Source: Candidatus Altimarinota bacterium
GTDB taxonomy: Bacteria > Patescibacteriota > Gracilibacteria > 1-14-2-50-48-13
Length of the DNA stretch: 64,000 nucleotides
Reading direction: 5' to 3'
NCBI GenBank assembly: GCA_046314355.1
Contig: JBKBWQ010000001.1
Location: forward strand, 224,001 to 288,000
Under the pieces are notes generated by a model. The model saw only the letters and a program-made list of their open reading frames with translations. It ran no database searches and was not told the origin of the DNA. Every line of letters starts with the position of its first letter. Position 1 is the first letter of the stretch. Below, piece by piece: positions 21,092-29,783 of the stretch. The translations under genes and the position numbers were made by a program.

Positions 21092-23008
21092 ATGATGATC
21101 GTGGAAGCGAAGATAGATTATAATAAAACATTTGAAGAGATTGTCGAAAGACTACTGGAAGCTCTGGCTTATCTTGACGCGCAGGATATACAAGTTGTAA
21201 AAAAGGCAGTAGAAATAGCAAAAGAAGCACATTCTACTCAGGAACGTATGTCTGGTGAGCCTTATATATTTCACCCAATTCGTGTTGCTCTCATCATGAG
21301 CGAATATAAGCTGCCTGCAGTATGTATCATTGCGGGGCTTCTTCATGATACTATTGAAGACGGAGGGTTAACTGAAGATTATTTAGCTGAGCAGTTTTCA
21401 AATGAATGTGCCGAACTTGTGGATGGAGTGACAAAATTTGCTAAGGATAAATTCCGTGAAGCGGAGACTAAAGACAGACAGATTGAATCTATACGAAAAA
21501 TGTTTGAGGTTATGCAGCATAATATTAAGATACCTATTATTAAGCTCTATGACCGTCTTGATAATGCAAGATCCTTTGATATCTTCAGAGAAGATAAAAG
21601 AATCAGACTAGCACAAGAAACTCTACATATTCATGTAAAGCTTGCGGAAGCTTTACTAGTCATACCTATAGCAGAAGAACTTAAAAAGATTTGTTTTGGT
21701 ATTTTATATCCGAAGGAAACACAAATATACCTGACGAATGTAGAATTACGCAAGAAAGCTCTACAGGATACTTGTGATTATCTTCACAAAGAGTTTCCAA
21801 ATTTCAAATTTAAAGTGGATTCAGATCTCTTTGCTGGTGCTTTGATAAACAATAGCGAATCTGTATCATGCGCCCGGGTAAAGGATCTTTTTATATCATG
21901 TATTACATCTACAGAGAAAGAAGCATATCAGATGCTTGATCTTCTACATAAAAATTTTGAATCGTTAAGTATTGTTGAGGATTCATTGTCCAGTCAGATG
22001 AATCAAAAAAAAGAGATTATTACAAAAATTTCTGGAAACGTATTTAAACCATGTTTTATACATATTACAACTGAAGATCTTTATACTCACAATCGTTTAG
22101 GGATTGTTCATGGGATAGCAAAAAATCAGAATTCACTGGTCGATCATGAAACTAAACAATGGATTCCAAATCTAGACCATTTATGCGAATTGAATCAGGA
22201 AAATAGTGAAATCTTCTGGAATGAACTTCATGCTTCGATTCTTTCAAATAATATTACTGTATTTATAGGAAGTAATGAAAGCCATTATGTTGTTACTGGA
22301 AGCAATGTACTTGAGACATTACTGCTTACTCATACTCAAGATATATTTTCCATATCTCATATTTGTATAAATGATAAAACCGGAGCATTCAATACACCCG
22401 TTTCGTCAAAGGATCATATTACTTTTGAAAGAGGAGAGACTTCACTTCTCCATCCTGAGGACGTAATGGGCATTAAAACTTCTCTTGGGCGAAAACTATT
22501 TTATCAGCAGATAAGCGATAGAAAGGAAACTGATAAAATTATATGGGGAAGTGTTATGCTGCGCAGTATATTTATATATGAGTCACTCAGTTCCGAAGAG
22601 AGAGCTTTTCAGAATTGGATAGAAGGATTGATGCTTCATTTTTCAGTATTAGATGTAGCAGAACTATATGAGAAAATTTTTAAAAATACGAAGTATTACG
22701 ATATATTAGTTAAAACGGCCTATGACTACAGACCGGAGATTAATGCGGATGATTATATTTTACTCTGTAGAGTTGATAACAAAGAAAAAGCACTAAGAAC
22801 CGCTGAAAGTATCGATAAATATTATAAACAGCATAGTGCAAGTGTGGAAAAAGTACGTTATCACACTATAGAAAACGGGATTGTAATAGAATTTACAGTG
22901 AATAAGCATCAGACATATACATATGGAGCATTAATTAAGCTACTATTTAGATTTGATCTTGTTGAGTTTTCTTTAGCGCCTTCTTCTTCTGTTTCTTTGC
23001 TAGAATAA
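21092..23008 (+). CDS. Long RelA/SpoT homologue: intact HD hydrolase, degenerate synthetase, degenerate TGS/AH/ACT regions
   Basis: HSTQERMSGEPYIFHP, LLHDTIED, LVDGVTK, KLYDRLDN; synthetase EIQIRT replaced by FIHITT; KTSLGR AH-like motif. Confidence 0.85.
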   Translation: MMIVEAKIDYNKTFEEIVERLLEALAYLDAQDIQVVKKAVEIAKEAHSTQERMSGEPYIFHPIRVALIMSEYKLPAVCIIAGLLHDTIEDGGLTEDYLAEQFSNECAELVDGVTKFAKDKFREAETKDRQIESIRKMFEVMQHNIKIPIIKLYDRLDNARSFDIFREDKRIRLAQETLHIHVKLAEALLVIPIAEELKKICFGILYPKETQIYLTNVELRKKALQDTCDYLHKEFPNFKFKVDSDLFAGALINNSESVSCARVKDLFISCITSTEKEAYQMLDLLHKNFESLSIVEDSLSSQMNQKKEIITKISGNVFKPCFIHITTEDLYTHNRLGIVHGIAKNQNSLVDHETKQWIPNLDHLCELNQENSEIFWNELHASILSNNITVFIGSNESHYVVTGSNVLETLLLTHTQDIFSISHICINDKTGAFNTPVSSKDHITFERGETSLLHPEDVMGIKTSLGRKLFYQQISDRKETDKIIWGSVMLRSIFIYESLSSEERAFQNWIEGLMLHFSVLDVAELYEKIFKNTKYYDILVKTAYDYRPEINADDYILLCRVDNKEKALRTAESIDKYYKQHSASVEKVRYHTIENGIVIEFTVNKHQTYTYGALIKLLFRFDLVEFSLAPSSSVSLLE

Positions 23009-24191
23009 CCGGATTTGTATATTCAGGAATGCTCAGACCGTATTTTTCCCATGTTTTTAACTCAATTTGTTTAAGCATGTGTAAATAATGCTCAAATTGT
23101 ACAGATTTTACATGAGAAATTTTTTTGTTAAATATCTGTAAACTTTCTATAAATACTTTGGATAGAAGCATCTTTTCATTCAGAAAATCTCTATCCGAAA
23201 TAAATAACAAAATCAATTTCAGAAGCTGTCTATATTTATAAATTTTGGAATTTCTTTCCGAACCTTCTATGTTATCCTGCTCTTCCTTTGTTCTTAGCTG
23301 AAAATCTATCACCGCAGGATAATATTTAGTACTATTGAATTCCTTCAATGTGTACTCTTTCATTGTAACAAAAAAATCAAGTGACTTGTAAAAGCCACGG
23401 CTATTTCTCGAATTTCTAATTCCGTTCACTGGATCCACATTAGGATCATTAATATCCCATACATGACTCATAAGAGGGATCTGAACAAAAGGGGAGTCCG
23501 GATCATTTAAAAGTAATTCAAGTAGCGTATTAATATCATTGCTTTTTTGAGGTTTAACTCTTAGTCCAAATAAGTCCGCACAAAGAAAAAACGGTTTCCT
23601 TTCAAGTAATCTGTTAATAAACATAGAACTAGGAGTTTTAACACGTCTTTCTATTTGATAGCTACCTTCAAGGCTTTTACTATGTTTTACTAGGAAAGAT
23701 TTCAACTTCGTATCAAACTCATTAAGAATCAATTCTGCACCATATTCAAATTCTCTCATTAATTGAGTAATAGATTCGGTTTTTGAATCAAGTAGAATTG
23801 TATCTAAATCATATATAGAAGGGAGTTTTGAAAAACAATTATAAAAATCCATTTCGGATGTTGAATAGGTATCTTTCTCATCCATCACGTGAATAGTTTT
23901 TGCAAGGTTAACTGTATCTTCGGGAAGATCAACAATAATTTTACTGCTAAATTCATCAATAAAATTATCAATCGGTCTTGAAAGAATGAGGTCATCATCT
24001 CTATAATCTTCATTTACATCTAAAATACCAAATTGGTAAATAGGACCATAAATATTATTTATTGCCGAGAGTATAAAATCTTTATACTTAGTTATCATCT
24101 CTGCCTCTTCTTTACTGGGTTCCTGTTCTTCAGTAAAGGCATAGAAGATTTTATTAAACTCTTCTAGCGCCCATTCTTCATTTCCTGCCAT
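22947..24191 (-). CDS. Divergent small alarmone synthetase (RelA/SpoT nucleotidyltransferase domain) with N-terminal extension
   Basis: RRVKTPSS, DLFGLRV, GFYKSL, DFQLRT and YKY in the canonical order of the synthetase motifs. Confidence 0.75.
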   Translation of the reverse strand: MAGNEEWALEEFNKIFYAFTEEQEPSKEEAEMITKYKDFILSAINNIYGPIYQFGILDVNEDYRDDDLILSRPIDNFIDEFSSKIIVDLPEDTVNLAKTIHVMDEKDTYSTSEMDFYNCFSKLPSIYDLDTILLDSKTESITQLMREFEYGAELILNEFDTKLKSFLVKHSKSLEGSYQIERRVKTPSSMFINRLLERKPFFLCADLFGLRVKPQKSNDINTLLELLLNDPDSPFVQIPLMSHVWDINDPNVDPVNGIRNSRNSRGFYKSLDFFVTMKEYTLKEFNSTKYYPAVIDFQLRTKEEQDNIEGSERNSKIYKYRQLLKLILLFISDRDFLNEKMLLSKVFIESLQIFNKKISHVKSVQFEHYLHMLKQIELKTWEKYGLSIPEYTNPVILAKKQKKKALKKTQQDQI

Positions 24192-24209
24192 TCACGATTG
24201 AATTAAGGT

Positions 24210-24494
24210 TTAGTGATTCTGCAACAGTTCATGTACAAGTGTCAATACTCTATCTGCATAATTAGCGCAATTCACTGGGATTTTATGTGTGCTAATTGCA
24301 AAAGAAAGGGCTTTCTTTACTTCCTTCACATCATTTTTTTCAATAATATTCTCTTCTAACAATGAATCTACAGTTAATTTTACTGTCGAACTAACATGTG
24401 CTTTCCATGCTTCTACACTTGTTAAACCTAAAACATGATTAATGTTTTTCTGTCCCCTGTCAAAACTGTTAAATCCTTCCCGACTTATTTTCAT
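24210..24494 (-). CDS. Small hypothetical protein upstream of the synthetase gene
   Basis: 94-aa ATG ORF ending 18 bp before the synthetase start, same strand. Confidence 0.6.
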   Translation of the reverse strand: MKISREGFNSFDRGQKNINHVLGLTSVEAWKAHVSSTVKLTVDSLLEENIIEKNDVKEVKKALSFAISTHKIPVNCANYADRVLTLVHELLQNH

Positions 24495-24629
24495 AGCACA
24501 AATGGATAATTTTTTTATACAATTTACTATTGCTTAGAGTTTGACGTATTTATAAACATTTGTCAATGATTCTACCTAGTACTTTTTACAAACTGAAGCA
24601 AAGTATATTGCTTATGATATATGATTATC

Positions 24630-24706
24630 TGGAGCGAATGACGGGGGTCGAACCCGCAACCTTTGCCTTGGCAAGGCAACGTTCTAGCCAATTGAACTAC
24701 ATCCGC
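24630..24706 (-). tRNA. tRNA-Gly (GCC)
   Basis: Reverse complement GCGGATGTAGTTCAATTGGCTAGAACGTTGCCTTGCCAAGGCAAAGGTTGCGGGTTCGACCCCCGTCATTCGCTCCA; cloverleaf with encoded CCA. Confidence 0.97.
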
Positions 24707-24721
24707 ATTTATTTCCAAGAT

Positions 24722-24749
24722 ATTCTAGCAAAAATACACATATACGCAA
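24722..24749 (-). promoter_or_regulatory. Putative sigma70 promoter of tRNA-Gly
   Basis: TTGCGT-16-TAGAAT with TG extended -10 on the minus strand. Confidence 0.5.
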
Positions 24750-24820
24750 GAAAAAGTAATAGGAAGTAACAAGTAATTTATAATTAGATAATTATTTTAA
24801 GGTAACTATCTCGTGGTTAT

Positions 24821-26536
24821 TTAGCTTACCGTTAAATCTTCTACTTTTTTATTTGTGAGCCAAGTCTGATATTGTTTCTCCATCAGCTGTTTATCAGCAC
24901 TAGTATGAGTTGGGATCAGTTCATACTCAAAGACAGTAGTAAATTTTGTTGTGTTACTATGAATATTACCTTCACTTTTCGTTCCTGTAAGTGGATATTT
25001 ATATTTTTCTTTTAAATACAAAGTTGCCAAGTATTCTTTACTGTATCTAGATGGTGGTTTCCCCTGACGTTTATCTGTCATATTTTTGATTTGATCCTCG
25101 TTGGCATCATAAACAGCAGTAAGCATTTTTCTATATACTTTGTCAGCCTGAAACTTTGGCCACTTCGCGAGTGTCTTTTTTTCCTCTGGAGTAAAAAGAG
25201 TGTTCGCATTTATATCCACATCATTGGTTTGCTCATTGAGAGTTGTATTTGCCATGAGTTTACCAACTGTGATCTGCTGATAGACTATATTCGTAAGTTT
25301 ATTTTCAGCTTCGTTTAAGTTGAGCACTTTTTCAAAGTGATACACGGGATTGAAATTTTCAAGCTGCTCGACAGCATCATGATCAATATTTTTACTTGTA
25401 TCAGCCATACCTTTCATTTGTTCCAGCATAGGGTTTACTGTACCTTTAAATAACCCTACTAAACCTTTCTCACCATTTGTAGTGAGAAGTGCAATACTGT
25501 CCCACAAGGTAAATTGCCTTAGTCCCTTCATAAGAGTACTATTTTTTATACTGTCCGGAAGAATAAGTGAGATCAGTGAGATAATAACAGCAAGCATTCT
25601 TGCAGGATTTTGTACAAGCATGCTGAAATGATTTAACCCATTATTTACTGTGCGGTATCCTAAAGTACCCGCTACGGCAACCGTACGTTCAAGAGCATTT
25701 TTACCGTTTAGGCTTGCTGGATCTATCTTAAAGTTCTGTACTATTTTCTGACTGTATGTTCCAAGTTCACTACTAGTTGCTAAAGTTACATTTTTGCTGT
25801 CATGAGCTATTTTATATTGGGCAAGAATCTTATCAAGTTCGTATTTTTTAGTATTAATAATGTCAGTTCTTTCTTTAGAATTATTTGGATTGTTTTGAGT
25901 CTGTACACCAAAGCTGCGTATTCCTTCTATTGCGTGGAGTACTTGTTTTTCATAGATCGTAGGTTCTGGTTTACGTTTGATCGCAATTTCTACATCATTT
26001 AATTTGAGCTCTGCTCCAGAGTTGACTCCTTTAAAATCTAGACTGGGAACTGTAGAGAATACAGTAGTAGAGTGATTACCGTCAGAATAGAGCAGGTTAT
26101 TGAGCATAGCAGCTTCAAGCTGAGTCGAGACATGTTCTTTTTTTAGATTTGTCTCCTGTGATATGTCTCGTCGTTTCTCAACGGGTATACCCTGTAGTTC
26201 CTTTGAAACTACATAAGAATTGCTGTAGAGCTTAGTAAGAGTAGCCTGGAGTCTATCTGCAAGTGCTTTAGGAAGAATTTTTTCAGGTACGGAATCTGTG
26301 GCGATTTCGTAGCCGAAGAATTTGCGTTTGATCAGAATATTATGGCGGTTGAGTTCTCGTATATAGTTTTCCAGATGTCTTACCTGATCAGGATACTCTC
26401 TTGCTGCAGTATAGTTATTCGCGAGAGCTTCAAATCTGCTTATATCTATAGCCTTCATAGTATCAAAAGACCTTTCACTGGAAGATGGAAGGACAGGTGC
26501 TTCAACTGTTTTTGTTTCTATTTTATTAGAACTCAT
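24821..26536 (-). CDS. Large hypothetical protein with a central hydrophobic segment
   Basis: 571-aa ORF; TM-like MLAVIISLISLILP. Confidence 0.8.
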   Translation of the reverse strand: MSSNKIETKTVEAPVLPSSSERSFDTMKAIDISRFEALANNYTAAREYPDQVRHLENYIRELNRHNILIKRKFFGYEIATDSVPEKILPKALADRLQATLTKLYSNSYVVSKELQGIPVEKRRDISQETNLKKEHVSTQLEAAMLNNLLYSDGNHSTTVFSTVPSLDFKGVNSGAELKLNDVEIAIKRKPEPTIYEKQVLHAIEGIRSFGVQTQNNPNNSKERTDIINTKKYELDKILAQYKIAHDSKNVTLATSSELGTYSQKIVQNFKIDPASLNGKNALERTVAVAGTLGYRTVNNGLNHFSMLVQNPARMLAVIISLISLILPDSIKNSTLMKGLRQFTLWDSIALLTTNGEKGLVGLFKGTVNPMLEQMKGMADTSKNIDHDAVEQLENFNPVYHFEKVLNLNEAENKLTNIVYQQITVGKLMANTTLNEQTNDVDINANTLFTPEEKKTLAKWPKFQADKVYRKMLTAVYDANEDQIKNMTDKRQGKPPSRYSKEYLATLYLKEKYKYPLTGTKSEGNIHSNTTKFTTVFEYELIPTHTSADKQLMEKQYQTWLTNKKVEDLTVS

Positions 26537-26541
26537 AAAAA

Positions 26542-26838
26542 TTATTTAGGCAGAGTAGTTAATTCTACGATAAGCTCTTCCATTGCTTCAGTGATCTTTT
26601 GATCTCTTTCCGTGTTTTCACTTAAGAGAGAGAGGGCTTTAAACATATCCATGTCATCCATATTCTCGTTGGAAAGTGCCTCCATTTCCTCATCTGAAAG
26701 GGAAGAGAGGATGACACTAAGTACCCGCTGCTCAACAATAGGAGCAATTTTTTCTTTATACTGTGCTTTCTTCTCGTCATCGAGATTGAGTTCCAGACGG
26801 GCGATAATCTCTGCGAGTACGAGGTCGATAATGTCCAT
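26542..26838 (-). CDS. Small acidic helical protein (resembles CPR DUF5663-type proteins)
   Basis: 98 aa, D/E-rich; pattern LNLDDEKK..IVEQRVLSVILSSLSDEE. Confidence 0.7.
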   Translation of the reverse strand: MDIIDLVLAEIIARLELNLDDEKKAQYKEKIAPIVEQRVLSVILSSLSDEEMEALSNENMDDMDMFKALSLLSENTERDQKITEAMEELIVELTTLPK

Positions 26839-26877
26839 GAAGTTGAAGTTGAGAAATAGAGAAAGGTAGAAATAATT

Positions 26878-29643
26878 TTAAGTAGCGGGATCTGTTGTTG
26901 GATCTGGCGTGGTTGTGGGTTTCTTTCTAAATAAGCCTGTTACGCCATCGTAAGTCCATTTACCTGGATAGCGCATCCAAAGGTATAAGGCAGGAGCAGC
27001 GACAAAGGCTGCAATTTTTGCAGGCTTGCTTGTAGCATGCTTTTTTATACTTCCAAAGAAGCCTTTTGTGCTCTTCCAGAATTCACTAGAAGATTTTTGA
27101 TTCTTTTTATAAAGATACGTACCAATAGCTACTGAGATACCAAGGAAGGTAAGAAGTGCTACAAGATTTTCGCGATCATTCTTGAGTGCACTTATCATGC
27201 CGCTTACTTCACTTGCGGCAGCGCCATCAAAGGCGTCACCTCCGCCTGAAGCCATTATACCTGAGAGAATTTTACGTGTATAGATATCTACTTCAAAATC
27301 AGTTAGTGAGTTTGGAAATCCAATAATATCCCAGATATGTCCCTGGAGCCGTACAAATTTCTCTAAAGGCTCTGTAAGTCCTAGGTAGAGAGTATCCTTT
27401 GCTACATCTGTAGTACCTGCGATAGTTTTGACAATCATACCATAACCTTTGTTTGTGGCATTGTTATAGAGGTACCAGTCATCAAAGGCCATGCTGTTCT
27501 CAAAATCAATACCTAATAGTGGGTGTGTACCAAAACCATTGAACCAGTTATTTGGTCCTCCCCATTTACCATCTGCTGTATGCAGTGCAAACTTTCTAAG
27601 CCCTGTGACCGTACTCCAAGGTCCTGTTGGTCCTTCCTTCACTAATACTCCGAGACTTTCTTTAGCCTGCTCTTTTGCAAGCTCTGCAGCAAGCTCAGTT
27701 TTTTCAGCTGGAGTCATTGTATTATACAAATCCTGAAGCTTTGCTTTACCCTCCGCGATGTCTGCAGCAGTTAATGTACGGTTTTCGTATTCTTTCAGGA
27801 TCGCGTTTACTGCATTCATATTCTGAGGTAGTTTTCCTGTCACAACATCTGTGAGATCTGGAGCTCCTCCAAGCGCAGGATCGAGCTTAGGTGCTATTGG
27901 TGTATTATTCACTGAAGATACTTTATCCTCTACAGCAGCTTTGAATACTCCGCTGTCTGTATGAGTATCAGTAGTCTGAGAGAGTGTGGAAGTAACTGGT
28001 TGATGAGCGACTGATCCAACATCCGTTTTTAAAGGCTGAACAATAGCTTTTACGTGATCTCCTGTATATTCTTTTACCGCCCACATACCTAAATGACCTG
28101 CCATATATCCAGTCCCAAATAAGAGGGAGGAAGTTGCAAGGGATTTTGTAACATGCCATCTTCTATCCTTATCTTCTACCTGCTTAAAGTCTACTTTATC
28201 AATGAGGTTCTGATCAACAAGCTCACTATCTTTACTGATATGATCAATATTTGCAGAGAGCAGCTCTGTTCTTTCTTTTGCTGTTTTTGCAAAGCTTAAG
28301 ATTGTCTTTTTCTCTGGAGAGGTCTTTTTGCTTTTTTCATAAATTCTTTTAAATACAGTATTTTTTAACTCTCCAACGTAGCCAAGATATACCGGATTGA
28401 TATGTTTACTAGTATCATTTATCATAATCTGCTGCCACTCAGAAATAGCACTATATATGATATGAAGATCTTTAACTGAAAGTTTACTCTCAATTAAAGT
28501 CTTTATTTCTTCCGGTGAAATAGGATTCTTTAAGAGATCCTTCAATTTTGCAGCTTTTTTTGCATCTTCTGCACGGTTTTCAGGTGTACTGTTTGTAGTC
28601 GCACGTTCTGCGTATGCTTTTGAGAGAGATAATACTATTTGTCTATTAAAGTATGTTGGAGTTCTATTTGCTGCTTCTTGTTTTCCCCAGCCTCTTACAA
28701 GAGATGCTGTAGCAGTAATTGCAAGTAATGCACCTGGAACTATGGCGATTGGTGCAACCGTACTTACAAGCACCTTTGCTGCAATACCAGCTGCAATGTA
28801 TCCGCCGTTCTTAGCGAGGTTCTTTAACTGCAGTTTTCTACTTGCGATAAGGGTACCTTTTTTGTTGATTCGGTGATTCTGATGATGCTCTACCTGAGTC
28901 ATACTATTCAAAATCATATACTGACTTGAGTATGTAGAAAAGAGTAGGTTCTGATCTAACAGATCAATATCAGTAGGTTCTTCCTTTGAAGTACTCTTCA
29001 GATGTCCCATAGCTATCCTTCCAAAGAGTTCTCTCACTGAAGTCTTATCATTGAAATCTTTATAAAGACTTTCATCTATCTTTTTTTCAAGGATATACCT
29101 TATGAGCGCAAAATATTCAGGTGTCGTAGTATCTTTTGCCTCTAGCTTTTCTTTGAGATTTTCATGAATCTCTTTTGCCTCCGGAGTATCTAACGCCTTT
29201 GCAGCTTCAGGCAGTACACCAAGTGTCTTTTTTGCCGAAGCTTCAAGTTTATCATTCTGGTCCTTTAAGAGTTTATTTACATGTTTTTTACTAAAAGTAT
29301 TTACTGCATTATAGTAGATACTTTTTGCTATTCTCTTTGCTCCTGTGCTATTTTCCAGGCGTATTTTCAAAGATTCTTTATTTGCTTCATCAACTTTCAA
29401 TGCATTTTTAGCATTCTCGACGCTAGTTTTCTGTTTTTTTACCTTCTCTTCAAAATTATCACTCATGTCTAAGTCTTCGTCTTCATCGTCGCTCACTTCC
29501 TCATTAATTTCTTCATCATCAAAATTATCCTCATCAAAAGTATCATCAGGAATCTCCTCATCTTCTTTTAGAGGAATGTCTAGAAGCTTTTCATCAAGCT
29601 CCACATCTGCTGTATTGTTTATTGTATTTAGTTTGCTAGGCAT
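26878..29643 (-). CDS. Large hypothetical membrane protein (about 921 aa; likely start MPSKL at 29643)
   Basis: Acidic N-terminus, Gly/Ala-rich hydrophobic hairpin, further TM segments. Confidence 0.8.
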   Translation of the reverse strand: MPSKLNTINNTADVELDEKLLDIPLKEDEEIPDDTFDEDNFDDEEINEEVSDDEDEDLDMSDNFEEKVKKQKTSVENAKNALKVDEANKESLKIRLENSTGAKRIAKSIYYNAVNTFSKKHVNKLLKDQNDKLEASAKKTLGVLPEAAKALDTPEAKEIHENLKEKLEAKDTTTPEYFALIRYILEKKIDESLYKDFNDKTSVRELFGRIAMGHLKSTSKEEPTDIDLLDQNLLFSTYSSQYMILNSMTQVEHHQNHRINKKGTLIASRKLQLKNLAKNGGYIAAGIAAKVLVSTVAPIAIVPGALLAITATASLVRGWGKQEAANRTPTYFNRQIVLSLSKAYAERATTNSTPENRAEDAKKAAKLKDLLKNPISPEEIKTLIESKLSVKDLHIIYSAISEWQQIMINDTSKHINPVYLGYVGELKNTVFKRIYEKSKKTSPEKKTILSFAKTAKERTELLSANIDHISKDSELVDQNLIDKVDFKQVEDKDRRWHVTKSLATSSLLFGTGYMAGHLGMWAVKEYTGDHVKAIVQPLKTDVGSVAHQPVTSTLSQTTDTHTDSGVFKAAVEDKVSSVNNTPIAPKLDPALGGAPDLTDVVTGKLPQNMNAVNAILKEYENRTLTAADIAEGKAKLQDLYNTMTPAEKTELAAELAKEQAKESLGVLVKEGPTGPWSTVTGLRKFALHTADGKWGGPNNWFNGFGTHPLLGIDFENSMAFDDWYLYNNATNKGYGMIVKTIAGTTDVAKDTLYLGLTEPLEKFVRLQGHIWDIIGFPNSLTDFEVDIYTRKILSGIMASGGGDAFDGAAASEVSGMISALKNDRENLVALLTFLGISVAIGTYLYKKNQKSSSEFWKSTKGFFGSIKKHATSKPAKIAAFVAAPALYLWMRYPGKWTYDGVTGLFRKKPTTTPDPTTDPAT

Positions 29644-29743
29644 ACCAGAGAAATATAGTGATATCAAAGTAGTATAACACACTACGCCTTCTTTGAGCAA
29701 TCGGTGGACTTGAAGGAAGGGAGGAATTATGTTCTCGGGAAAA

Positions 29744-29779
29744 CAAAAAAACCTCCTGGAATTCCAGGAGGTTTTTTTG
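29744..29779. terminator. Perfect 36-bp palindrome, bidirectional intrinsic terminator
   Basis: CAAAAAAACCTCCTGGAATTCCAGGAGGTTTTTTTG immediately after the stop of the 1368-aa gene. Confidence 0.85.
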
Positions 29780-29783
29780 AACC

